From NCBI GenBank assembly GCA_031416315.1, contig JANOTL010000202.1, forward strand, positions 1-64,000: a stretch of 64,000 nt of DNA, in the 5' to 3' direction. Below, in pieces: positions 33,094-41,815 of this stretch. The stretch is from Pseudomonadota bacterium. Lineage in GTDB: Bacteria; Bdellovibrionota_B; Oligoflexia; Oligoflexales; CAIYRB01. Numbering within the stretch: the stretch's first letter is position 1; each line of letters starts with the position of its first letter. Under the pieces are notes generated by a model, which was given only the letters and a program-made list of their open reading frames with translations, was not told where the DNA came from and did not search any database. The translations under genes and the position numbers were made by a program.

Positions 33094-34563
33094 TCAGCGC
33101 GCCAGAGCTGCCGTCCCGAGCACGGCTTTCAAGTCCTGGTCGTTGAAAGTCAGACCGCCGCCCACGAAGAAGTTGACCTCTTTGTTCACCTTGCCCGTGG
33201 CGGGGTCGGTGCGGGTGGGATCGTCGACGCCGGCCATGGCGTAGATGTGGTTGTAGAAAAGGGCCGAAGCGTAGGCCTTCAGGTGGGCGTTGCGGCGGCG
33301 GGTTTTGTCGGCCGTGTCCCAGTCGAAGGCCTCGACGGTCGCGGTGATCTTGTCCTTCAGGAAGTGGAAGTCGCTGGCGATGCCGCCGGAGGTCTCGAAG
33401 AGGCCGAAGCGGATGGTGGTGAAGTACCAGCGCTTGGCGATCTGGGCGTTGAACTTGATGGCGCGCTTGGTCGAGACGGACTCGATCTCGGTGGTGCTGC
33501 CGTCGGCGTTGCGGGTGAGCTTGGTGTTGCGGTCGTAGACGTCTTTCGCCGTGTCGGTGAGGCCGATCAGGTAGAACCGATCGGGACGCGTGCGAAAGAG
33601 GATGTTGAAGTAGTGCTGCGTCGTCTCGTTGCGGCGGAACTCGCCGTGGTAGTCGACGTCGATGGCGAGCTTGTTGGCGGGGGCCAGGATCTTGCGGACG
33701 TCCTTGATGGCGGACTCGAGCTCCGAGATCGTCTTGTCGTCGTTGACGAGCTTGCCGATCGTGCCCTCGCCCTTCTCGACCTTCTCGGCGATCAAATTGA
33801 TGTTTTTGGCGGAGCCGCGGACGTCGACCATGGTCTCGTCGAACGAGGAGAGGATGCGGTCGATGCGGTCTCTGTTCTCTTGATTGACGACGTCCTTCAG
33901 GTTGCCGGAGAAGGTCCGAAGGTCCTGGACGGCAAGGCGCACGTCGGTGATCATCTTGCGGAAGTCGTCTTCCTTGCCGCCGACGACGCTCTTCACGGTG
34001 CCGGTGGTGACCTTGATGTCCTCGGTGATCTGCTCGAGGTTCTTCAAAGTGTTCGTGATCGATTTCTTGCCGTCCTCGGAGCCCAAGACCTCGGCCAAGG
34101 TCTTGGTGATGACCTTGAAGTCCTTCGCGATCTCGCCGGCCATGGCGAACATGGCATTCATGTCGAAGCCGGTCTCGGACTGCGGGATGAAGCCGCCGTC
34201 CTCGACGTACTGGCCGGTGTCGGCGCCACGGACGACTTCGAGGTGCACGTCGCCGAGGAGGCCGACGCTGCGAATCTCGATGCGGGACGAGGTCGGGACC
34301 TTGATCGACATGTCGACTTCGAGCACGATGCGCGTCGAGGTGCCTTCGAGGGCGACCGACTTCACTTTGCCGATGCCGACGCCGCTCGTCTTCACGTGCG
34401 ACTTGGCGACGATACCCGCGGCGCTGCGTAGGACCGTGTAATAGGTCCTGTACTCTTTGTTCTCGAAGGTGTCCGGACTCAAGACGAAGAACATGTAGCC
34501 GAGCGTGACCAAGGCCACGAGCGCGAACAAGCCGACTTTGAATTCCGTACCGAGGTTCTTCAT
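33094..34563 (-). CDS. mlaD: MCE/MlaD protein, long form with helical stalk and beta-rich C-terminus
   Basis: EFKVGLF TM, GVGIGKV, VGLLGD, GEGTIGKLVND. Confidence 0.9.
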   Translation of the reverse strand: MKNLGTEFKVGLFALVALVTLGYMFFVLSPDTFENKEYRTYYTVLRSAAGIVAKSHVKTSGVGIGKVKSVALEGTSTRIVLEVDMSIKVPTSSRIEIRSVGLLGDVHLEVVRGADTGQYVEDGGFIPQSETGFDMNAMFAMAGEIAKDFKVITKTLAEVLGSEDGKKSITNTLKNLEQITEDIKVTTGTVKSVVGGKEDDFRKMITDVRLAVQDLRTFSGNLKDVVNQENRDRIDRILSSFDETMVDVRGSAKNINLIAEKVEKGEGTIGKLVNDDKTISELESAIKDVRKILAPANKLAIDVDYHGEFRRNETTQHYFNILFRTRPDRFYLIGLTDTAKDVYDRNTKLTRNADGSTTEIESVSTKRAIKFNAQIAKRWYFTTIRFGLFETSGGIASDFHFLKDKITATVEAFDWDTADKTRRRNAHLKAYASALFYNHIYAMAGVDDPTRTDPATGKVNKEVNFFVGGGLTFNDQDLKAVLGTAALAR

Positions 34564-34594
34564 GCTCTTTTCATCGGCCCTTCCGTCGTTCCCT

Positions 34595-35347
34595 TTAGAG
34601 GAACTCCATGGGACCTTCGACCTTTCCGGCAAAGAATTGGCGTACGATCGGGTCCTTGGAGGCCCGGAAGTCGTCCGGTGAGCCGGCCAATGCGATCCGA
34701 CCCTTGTAAAGGAAGACCAGGTTCTCCGCCGTCGCCATCGCCGCCTTGAGATCGTGCGAAATAACGACGGAAGTCAGAGCCTTTTCCTCCTGATTCAGCT
34801 GCACGATGAGCTCGTCGATCATCTCCGACACGAGCGGGTCCATCCCCGTCGTCGGCTCGTCGTAGAGGATGATCTTCGGGCGGTGCACGAGGGCCCGGGC
34901 CAGGCCGACGCGCTTCTTCTCGCCCGTGGAGAGCTCGGGCGGGTATTTGTGCTGGATGTTCGGCAGGCCGACTTGGATCAGCACCTCCTCGACGCGCTTC
35001 AGCATCTGCGCCGAGGTCATGCTCTTCACGTGCTCGCGCAGCGGAAAGAGCACGTTCTCGCCCACAGTGAGGCTGTCGAAGAGGGCCGCCATCTGGAAAA
35101 GCATCCCGAATTTTTTCCGGTAGTGGCGCAGCGCTTCCACGTCGAAGTCCGTGATGTCCTCGCCGTCGACGATGATCCGGCCCTCGTTCGGCTTCATCAG
35201 GCCCATGATGTGCTTGATGGAGACCGACTTCCCCTCGCCCGATTTGCCGAGGATGAAGGTGATCTTGCCGGCGGGGATGGTCAGATTCAGGTCGTCTAAG
35301 ACCTTGTGCGTCCCGAACGACTTGGTGACGTTGTTGAATTGGATCAT
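34595..35347 (-). CDS. mlaF: Mla ABC ATPase
   Basis: GKSGEGKS, FQMAALFDSL, YDEPTTGMDP, SHD. Confidence 0.92.
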   Translation of the reverse strand: MIQFNNVTKSFGTHKVLDDLNLTIPAGKITFILGKSGEGKSVSIKHIMGLMKPNEGRIIVDGEDITDFDVEALRHYRKKFGMLFQMAALFDSLTVGENVLFPLREHVKSMTSAQMLKRVEEVLIQVGLPNIQHKYPPELSTGEKKRVGLARALVHRPKIILYDEPTTGMDPLVSEMIDELIVQLNQEEKALTSVVISHDLKAAMATAENLVFLYKGRIALAGSPDDFRASKDPIVRQFFAGKVEGPMEFL

Positions 35348-35351
35348 CGCC

Positions 35352-36176
35352 TCACCACACGATCTGGACGTAGGTGATGACCACGTCCACGAAGAGGATG
35401 GAGAGGAGGGTCGTGACGACGGAGTTGGTCGTCGCGATGCCGACGCCCTTGGCGCCGCCGGAGGCCTTCAGGCCGTAGCGGCAGGCGAGCGCGCCCATGA
35501 TGATCGCGAAGACGAAGGATTTGACGATGCCTCGGGTGATGTCGCGCGGCAGGACGAAACGAATGATCTTCTCGACGAACATGCCTTCGTCGATGTTGAA
35601 GAGAAAGACGCCCGCGATGTAGGCGCCGATGACGCCGATGAAGATGAACACCGCGCACAGCAAAGGCACGATGAGCATCGAGGCGAGCACGCGCGGGACG
35701 ACGAGGTAGCTCACTGGGTCGACGGCCATCGCCTCCATGGCGTCGACCTGCTCGTTCACCTTCATCGTGGCGATCTCGGCGGTCATCGCGGAGCCGACGC
35801 GGCCCGTGATCAGGACGGCCGTGACGAGCGGCGCGAGCTCCATGCAGAGCGCCTTGCCGGTGGCGGCGCCCATCAGGCTCTCGGCGCGAAAAATCTGGAA
35901 AATCGCGCCGATTTGCAGGCCGAACACGGCGCCGACGGCCAAGGCGGAGATCAGCACGATGTTGAGCGACTGGTTGCCGACGAACTCGAGCTGCTGGAAG
36001 AGGGAGCCGACGCGGAACGGCCGGCGAAACGTCCACTTCACCACTTCTTTCAGGAACTCCAGGAAGGAGCCGAGGTCCTTCCCGACGACGATCACCTTTT
36101 TACCGAACAGCTCGATCCCGCGACGCAGAAGCGTGAGCGGCGAATAACTCGGGAGCTGCTTGGTCGAGGTTTCCAT
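35352..36176 (-). CDS. mlaE: Mla permease
   Basis: GRVGSAMTAEIATMKVNEQVDAM, GAKGVGIATT. Confidence 0.93.
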   Translation of the reverse strand: METSTKQLPSYSPLTLLRRGIELFGKKVIVVGKDLGSFLEFLKEVVKWTFRRPFRVGSLFQQLEFVGNQSLNIVLISALAVGAVFGLQIGAIFQIFRAESLMGAATGKALCMELAPLVTAVLITGRVGSAMTAEIATMKVNEQVDAMEAMAVDPVSYLVVPRVLASMLIVPLLCAVFIFIGVIGAYIAGVFLFNIDEGMFVEKIIRFVLPRDITRGIVKSFVFAIIMGALACRYGLKASGGAKGVGIATTNSVVTTLLSILFVDVVITYVQIVW

Positions 36177-36297
36177 CTCCTCGATTTTAGCGCACTGGCA
36201 CCCTGGTTCACAGGGAGGCACAATCACCCAGCGTCAACGAATTGACGGGCGCGACTGCGTCTTATCGGACACAGCCGTCGACGGAGAGCGCACTGAG

Positions 36298-37329
36298 CTA
36301 CAACTGCACAGCCAGCTTCGAGATCCCGGCGAGCGCGGCGAGGTCGTCTTCGATCTCCTCGACGCGGATCACACGCACACTCTTGCCGAGCATCGCCTCG
36401 ATCGCCGCGGCCACCACGCGCTCCGAGGCGAGACGGCGCGCCAGGGTCGGCTGAGAGGCGTCCACAGCGGCCGCCACGGCGGCGGGCAGGCAACGGTTTA
36501 CGATCGCGGCGTCCAGCTGATACCCGAGCCCGGCGAGCTCCCGCGTCACGAAGCGCGCGGAGCGCTCGGCGGCACGGGTCGGCACGGTGACCAGGAAAAA
36601 GCACGTGCTCGGGCTCTTCAGCAGCTTCAGGATCTTCTCGCCCGAAGCGTTGAAGCCCTCGATCACCTCTTGCACCAGCACCAGAAAATCCGCGAAGGAG
36701 GTGAGCGCCGTAACGCCCATCACCTTCGCGACGCCACCCATCAGCTTTTCCCCGGCCGAGAGGAGTCGGCCCAGGCCAAAGCGCCCGGCGACCAGAAAGG
36801 GCTTCACCAGCCAGCTCATGACCTTGTTTTCGAAGAATCCGGAGAGCACGTTCGGCCGTGCGAGAAAGTCGAGCGCATGCGTATCGGGCGGCGTATCGAG
36901 GACGACGAGGTCGTAGCGCTTGTCGTCGGCGAGATCCTGGAGCTTCGCGAGCGCCATATACTCGAGCGGGCCGATGAGCTTTGTCGACGCAGCCTGGTAA
37001 ATCGGATGTGAGAGGATCCGAAAAGCGACGCTCGGATTCGGCGCGTGGCGGCGCACCATCGCGTCGAAAACTTCTTTCTGGTCGAGCATCGCCGCGTCGA
37101 GCGTGCCTTTGACCTCGGGCCCGAGGACGACTTGACGCATCTCTCCGCCAAGGGGGATCCCGAGCGCTGCCGCAAGGCGCTGAGCCGGGTCGATGCTCAA
37201 AAGGGCGACGCGTCGGCCCTCCGACGCAGCGCGCACGGCGACGGCGACCGATGACGTGGTTTTCCCTACCCCGCCGGCTCCGAGCAGGATGACGACGCGC
37301 TTTCCTTCCAGCAGCGGGATCAAGCTCAC
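36298..37329 (-). CDS. ArsA/Get3-family P-loop ATPase (subunit 2)
   Basis: GAGGVGKTT, SIDPAQRLA, LDTPP; GTG start overlaps upstream stop. Confidence 0.88.
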   Translation of the reverse strand: MSLIPLLEGKRVVILLGAGGVGKTTSSVAVAVRAASEGRRVALLSIDPAQRLAAALGIPLGGEMRQVVLGPEVKGTLDAAMLDQKEVFDAMVRRHAPNPSVAFRILSHPIYQAASTKLIGPLEYMALAKLQDLADDKRYDLVVLDTPPDTHALDFLARPNVLSGFFENKVMSWLVKPFLVAGRFGLGRLLSAGEKLMGGVAKVMGVTALTSFADFLVLVQEVIEGFNASGEKILKLLKSPSTCFFLVTVPTRAAERSARFVTRELAGLGYQLDAAIVNRCLPAAVAAAVDASQPTLARRLASERVVAAAIEAMLGKSVRVIRVEEIEDDLAALAGISKLAVQL

Positions 37330-38234
37330 TTTAGGCCCTCCGCGGCGTCGGCCCAGAGGCGCGTGCCAAAGTCGACCGCGAAGGGCTCGTCGACGGCGCC
37401 CAGCTCGGGCAGGAGGTAGACGGGAACGTCGAGGCCATGCTCTGCTTTCAAACGCTCGAGCCCGCGCGTTAGCGTCGCGAGCGCCTGCTCTGCACGCGCA
37501 CGTCGCGCCGCGCAGAACTGCGAAGCCGCGTCGGCGCCTGCGGCGGGCACAGGCGGCACGCGGTTCAAGACGATGGCCGCGAGCTTCGCGGGGGCCTTCT
37601 CTTTCAGCTTCGGCAGGAAGTCGAGCGCCTCGGAGACGACGAGCTCTTCTGGAGTCGCGACGTAGACGATGCCGCACTTCGTCGTGTCGCCGAGGAAGGC
37701 CTTGATGCGCTCCGACTCTTTCGCCACGGGACCGCCCAGACTCGACTGCAGGACGGCGTCGGGCGTCGTCATCAAGCTTAGGAAGTGGCCGGAGGCGAAT
37801 CCGTCGTAAACAAGCGTCGGATAGCGCGGCGAGGGCTTCAGCTCGACGGCGTAGAAGAGACGGCCGAGCATCATGAGCTCGGAAAAGCCGGGAATGGTGT
37901 TGATAAAGCTCTTCACCACGCGGTGGTTGAAGACCTTCTCGTAGAGAAAGGGCTGGTTGAGATACTTCACGATGTACTCGCGGAAGTTCTCCGGCGGATC
38001 GAGGTTGATCGAGCCCAAACGCTCGCCTAGCGGCGCTTCCTCGTGCTTCGGGCCCGGGACCAGGCCGAAAAGGGGCGCGATCTGGTCGGTGGCGGCGCTC
38101 TCGACGAGCAAGGCGCCGCGGCCTTCCGCGGCGAGCGCTTGGCCCAAGGTCGCGGTCACGAGAGTCTTGCCGACGCCACCTTTGCCGGTGACGAGGAGCA
38201 ACTTGAGCGCGAGCAGCGGGCGGATGTCAGCCAT
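37326..38234 (-). CDS. ArsA/Get3-family P-loop ATPase (subunit 1)
   Basis: TGKGGVGKT, PGFSEL, DGFASGH, PEELVVSE. Confidence 0.88.
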   Translation of the reverse strand: MADIRPLLALKLLLVTGKGGVGKTLVTATLGQALAAEGRGALLVESAATDQIAPLFGLVPGPKHEEAPLGERLGSINLDPPENFREYIVKYLNQPFLYEKVFNHRVVKSFINTIPGFSELMMLGRLFYAVELKPSPRYPTLVYDGFASGHFLSLMTTPDAVLQSSLGGPVAKESERIKAFLGDTTKCGIVYVATPEELVVSEALDFLPKLKEKAPAKLAAIVLNRVPPVPAAGADAASQFCAARRARAEQALATLTRGLERLKAEHGLDVPVYLLPELGAVDEPFAVDFGTRLWADAAEGLK

Positions 38235-38248
38235 CGGGTGGAGGCGGC

Positions 38249-38479
38249 TTAGGCCGGCTTCTCCGGGCTCGTCGGATCTTTTTTCTCGCCGCCTTCGCCT
38301 GCGAGCTTCTTCGCTTCTTCTTCGTCCGGGCTCTTCACGCCTCTCTTGAAGTTCTTGATGCTCTCGCCGACCGCGCCGCCAAGGGCGGGCAGCTTCTTGG
38401 CGCCGAACAAGAGCACGACGACGCCGAAGATCAAGACCAGTTCGCCGATGCCCGGCAACGCGATCAATGGCATGAGCAC
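38249..38479 (-). CDS. tatA: Twin-arginine translocase TatA/E
   Basis: ELVLIFGVVVLLFGAKKLP...G..IKNFK. Confidence 0.93.
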   Translation of the reverse strand: MLMPLIALPGIGELVLIFGVVVLLFGAKKLPALGGAVGESIKNFKRGVKSPDEEEAKKLAGEGGEKKDPTSPEKPA

Positions 38480-38623
38480 CCGCCTCCTTCAAGATTCCGT
38501 CTCTGCACTATACAACGGAATTTACTCGGTCGGTGAGCCTAAAACCTTGAACGTGCTCGAAAATTAGCTTCCAGCAAGCGCCCCATTCAAGTCGGCCCCC
38601 GGAGCGCCCGAAGCAGGGAGGGC

Positions 38624-39187
38624 ATGGATCCAACCCGTAATTATCGCAGCGCTTGGGGCGGCTGGGCTCGCACGGTCTTCGACCTGGCGCGGACCTCGCT
38701 CGACTTGCCGCAGGCCTTGGGCACGGCGGCGGCAACCGGCGCCTCGCACGAAGAGCCCGATCTCGACCGAGTGCTGATGGCCGCGGCCGTGGCGGGGGCC
38801 CTGGCGGGGCTCGTGGATCAGGCCATGGCGCTGTCACGCGGCACCACGGTGCTCGGACAGGCGCTGGCAGAGGTCGCCTCGATTCAAGAGAAAGTCGTCG
38901 ACCTTTGGCGGACGAGCAACTCGATCAGCGCAGAGATCGTCCAGGCGCTGGGCACGGAACCGACGAGTCGCGAATGGCCGCTGCGCTTGGCTGCTCTGCA
39001 GCACCAAGCTTGCGAGGGCGGGCTCGATGCGGCCATCGGTTACTACGAGACGCACGCAGCCGTCGGCCAGCGAGGTGAGAGCATGGCGCAGCGGCTCGTG
39101 CGGGACCTGCTCGCTTTGCGTAAGACGCGCGCCACTGGAAGCGAACGGCCCGCGGCCGTGTTTGCGGCCTTGCGGTCCGTGGGCTGA
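38624..39187 (+). CDS. Hypothetical helical protein
   Basis: GGGAGG RBS; fills the gap between flanking genes. Confidence 0.55.
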   Translation: MDPTRNYRSAWGGWARTVFDLARTSLDLPQALGTAAATGASHEEPDLDRVLMAAAVAGALAGLVDQAMALSRGTTVLGQALAEVASIQEKVVDLWRTSNSISAEIVQALGTEPTSREWPLRLAALQHQACEGGLDAAIGYYETHAAVGQRGESMAQRLVRDLLALRKTRATGSERPAAVFAALRSVG

Positions 39188-40366
39188 TCAGTCGTCGTCA
39201 CCCTCGTCAGGATCCGGCTCGGCAAGCGATTTCTTTTGTTTTTTCGAGTACTTGCCCATGGCCTGACTGTCCAAGACGACCGGGGCCGGCTCGTCCCTCC
39301 GGATTCGCATGAGAAGCTCGCCGAGGCATTCATAGAGCATCGTGTTGTCCTGGGCGGCGTACGTGGCGAGATTTTTCTCATACGTGTCGAGTTGGCCCAG
39401 AAAACGCTCCACGGCCGAGGCGTCGATGCGCGCGACCGTGTCGCCGTAGCCGTATGCGGCGAGGTAGCGGCCGTTCATCATCTGCTCGAACTGGCCGCCG
39501 ACCGGGACCGAGAGAATCGGCTGGCGCAGGTGCAAGGCTTCGCCCAGGAGGGTGAAGCCGCCTCCGGCGATGACGGCGCGCGCATTTGCAAGGTCTTTGA
39601 GGAAGCCGCTCTCCGAGAACGGGCACAAGGTGACGTTGCCTTCGACGCCTTCGCGACCCATGCCGTAGACGCGGAAGGTGCCCGCGACTTTTTGCAGAGC
39701 GGGGACGAGCTCCGTGTTGGAGCTCGAGGTTTGGTAGACCAGGACATGCGCGCCAGGCTCCCGCTTCGATTGCAAGACCTCGTCGCGGAGGATCGGCGGG
39801 ATCAAGGTCGTGCGCTTTTTGCGGACCGTGGGGAAGAAGAAGCTCGTGACCAGGTAATGGTAGGCGCGGGGGATCTTGACCTTGACGGCGAGCTTGGCGA
39901 TGCGGAAATCCAGGCTCTTCCTCGAGCCCAGGATCGCCTTCTCGTGTTTGGCGCGATTGATGATCTGCATGTTGTCGATGCTGATCACGGGAAGGCGATG
40001 ACGCATGCCGTACAGGTGCGCCCAAGACTCGAAGTCGGTGATCACCGCCTCCGGCTTGAAGCGTTGCTCGACGACCTGGCGGTAGATCTCGTAGTTCTTG
40101 AGGAGCCCGGCCGGAAGCTGCCCGACGTTGGAAATGACGCTCTCGGCGATGTTGAGCTGGTTCTCGCCGTATTCGAGCGTGAAGCCGTGGATCTCGGCGA
40201 ACTGGATGCGCTCCCTGCCCTCAAAGCGGCGGACGAGGAACTTATGCGCGCGGCCGGAGACGACGACGAGCACCTCGTGCCCTTCGTTCAAAAGGAACTC
40301 GAGCACGACGCGGCTGCGTAACGCATGTCCCATGCCTTCGCCGACGACTCCGTAAAGAATGCGCAT
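39188..40366 (-). CDS. GT-B glycosyltransferase (MJ1255/VC2487-like)
   Basis: GEGMGHA, ITDFE, SIDN, GGFT..GEAL, PVGGQFEQ. Confidence 0.9.
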   Translation of the reverse strand: MRILYGVVGEGMGHALRSRVVLEFLLNEGHEVLVVVSGRAHKFLVRRFEGRERIQFAEIHGFTLEYGENQLNIAESVISNVGQLPAGLLKNYEIYRQVVEQRFKPEAVITDFESWAHLYGMRHRLPVISIDNMQIINRAKHEKAILGSRKSLDFRIAKLAVKVKIPRAYHYLVTSFFFPTVRKKRTTLIPPILRDEVLQSKREPGAHVLVYQTSSSNTELVPALQKVAGTFRVYGMGREGVEGNVTLCPFSESGFLKDLANARAVIAGGGFTLLGEALHLRQPILSVPVGGQFEQMMNGRYLAAYGYGDTVARIDASAVERFLGQLDTYEKNLATYAAQDNTMLYECLGELLMRIRRDEPAPVVLDSQAMGKYSKKQKKSLAEPDPDEGDDD

Positions 40367-40424
40367 GCTCGCCTCCCACTTCTCGCCCTTGACGTGGTCC
40401 CCTGAACGCATCGATATATTAGAC

Positions 40425-41735
40425 ATGACCGAGGGTAGTCCGCAGCGCTTAAAGTTTCCCGAGGGCTTTCTCTGGTCCGCGGCCACGGCGGCGCACCAAA
40501 TCGAGGGCGCCAACGACAACTGCGACTGGTGGGACTTCGAGGCGGAGCCCGGCCGTATCAAGCGCGGCGAGCGCTCGGGACGGGCCTGTGACCATTGGAA
40601 TCGGGTCGCCGAGGACGTCGCGCTCGTCCAGGCGCTGAATCTGAACCACTACCGCTTCTCGGTCGAGTGGGCGCGGATCGAGCCTTCGCCGGGGGTCTTC
40701 GATAAGGGCGTGATCGACCACTATCGGCGGGAGCTCGAGCTCCTCCGCGACGCGGGGATCGTGCCGCTCGTCACGCTGCACCACTTCACTTTGCCAAAGT
40801 GGGTCGCCACGGCGGGGGGGTGGGGCGCGGACGACATCGCGGAGCGGTTCGCCCTCTATTGTGAGAAGACTTACGAAGCGCTCGGCGATCTGGCGCGCGA
40901 CTGGATCACGATCAACGAGCCGATGGTCCTAGTCGTCGCGGGGTATCTGTCGGCGGACTTTCCGCCGGCGCGGCGCGAGCCGGCGGGGATTGTTGCGCCC
41001 TTGCGGGGCCTGGTCAAAGGACACGTGGCCGCTTACCACGTGATGCATTCGGTCGCGCGGCGTCTCGGGCGAACCTTGAGGGTCGGGATCGCGCATCATC
41101 TGCGCTGCTTCGATCCAGCGCGCCCTTGGCATCCGCTCGACCAGGCGTCGGCGATGATCCTAGGGAAGGCGTTCAACTGGGTGATTCCCGACGCCTTGCT
41201 CACGGGCAAGCTGTCCTTTCGACTGCCCTTCGTGGTGAAGATGAAGGAAGAGATCGCGCGGGCCAAAGGAACCGAGGACTTCTTCGGGATCAACTACTAC
41301 AGCCGCGACTTCATCAAGTTCGCGCCGCTTCACCCCTTGCGCTTTATGCGCGTGGAGCCTCCGGGGATGTGGCGCAGCGACCTTGGCTGGGAAATCTACC
41401 CGCACGGACTCTATCGCCTGTTGAAGGAGATCGAGCGGCGCTATCCCGGGACGCCGATCTTGATCACAGAGAACGGGCTCGCGGACGCGCGGGACGTCTC
41501 GCGCGAGCGCTTCATCCGGGAGCATCTCCAGGTCGTCCACCGGGCGATCGGCGAAGGCATGAAGGTCGAAGCGTACTCGCACTGGTCCTTGCTCGACAAC
41601 TTCGAGTGGGCCGAGGGGTTCGAGCCGAGGTTCGGGCTTTGTGAAGTGGATTATGGGTCGATGCGGCGGACGGTGCGGGGGAGTGCGCGGGCTTATGCGC
41701 GGATGGCGGCGGAGAATGCGGTGGAGCTGGTTTGA
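40425..41735 (+). CDS. Glycoside hydrolase family 1 (beta-glucosidase-like)
   Basis: AHQIEG, INEP, GINYY, ITENG, WSLLDNFEW. Confidence 0.95.
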   Translation: MTEGSPQRLKFPEGFLWSAATAAHQIEGANDNCDWWDFEAEPGRIKRGERSGRACDHWNRVAEDVALVQALNLNHYRFSVEWARIEPSPGVFDKGVIDHYRRELELLRDAGIVPLVTLHHFTLPKWVATAGGWGADDIAERFALYCEKTYEALGDLARDWITINEPMVLVVAGYLSADFPPARREPAGIVAPLRGLVKGHVAAYHVMHSVARRLGRTLRVGIAHHLRCFDPARPWHPLDQASAMILGKAFNWVIPDALLTGKLSFRLPFVVKMKEEIARAKGTEDFFGINYYSRDFIKFAPLHPLRFMRVEPPGMWRSDLGWEIYPHGLYRLLKEIERRYPGTPILITENGLADARDVSRERFIREHLQVVHRAIGEGMKVEAYSHWSLLDNFEWAEGFEPRFGLCEVDYGSMRRTVRGSARAYARMAAENAVELV

Positions 41736-41743
41736 ATTTTTTT

Positions 41744-41803
41744 ACCGCAAAGGGCGCAAAGCCCGCGAAGAGTCTTTAAACCACCCTTTGCGTCCTTTGC
41801 GGT
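41744..41803. repeat. REP-like inverted repeat with 9-nt periodic unit; may act as terminator
   Basis: ACCGCAAAGGGCGCAAAG...CTTTGCGTCCTTTGCGGT flanked by T and A tracts. Confidence 0.75.
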
Positions 41804-41815
41804 CAAAAACCGGCC

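Noticed and set aside
36298..38234. Arsenic-resistance operon
   Set aside because: No arsB/acr3/arsC/arsD/arsR; single-domain proteins in a tat/mla context
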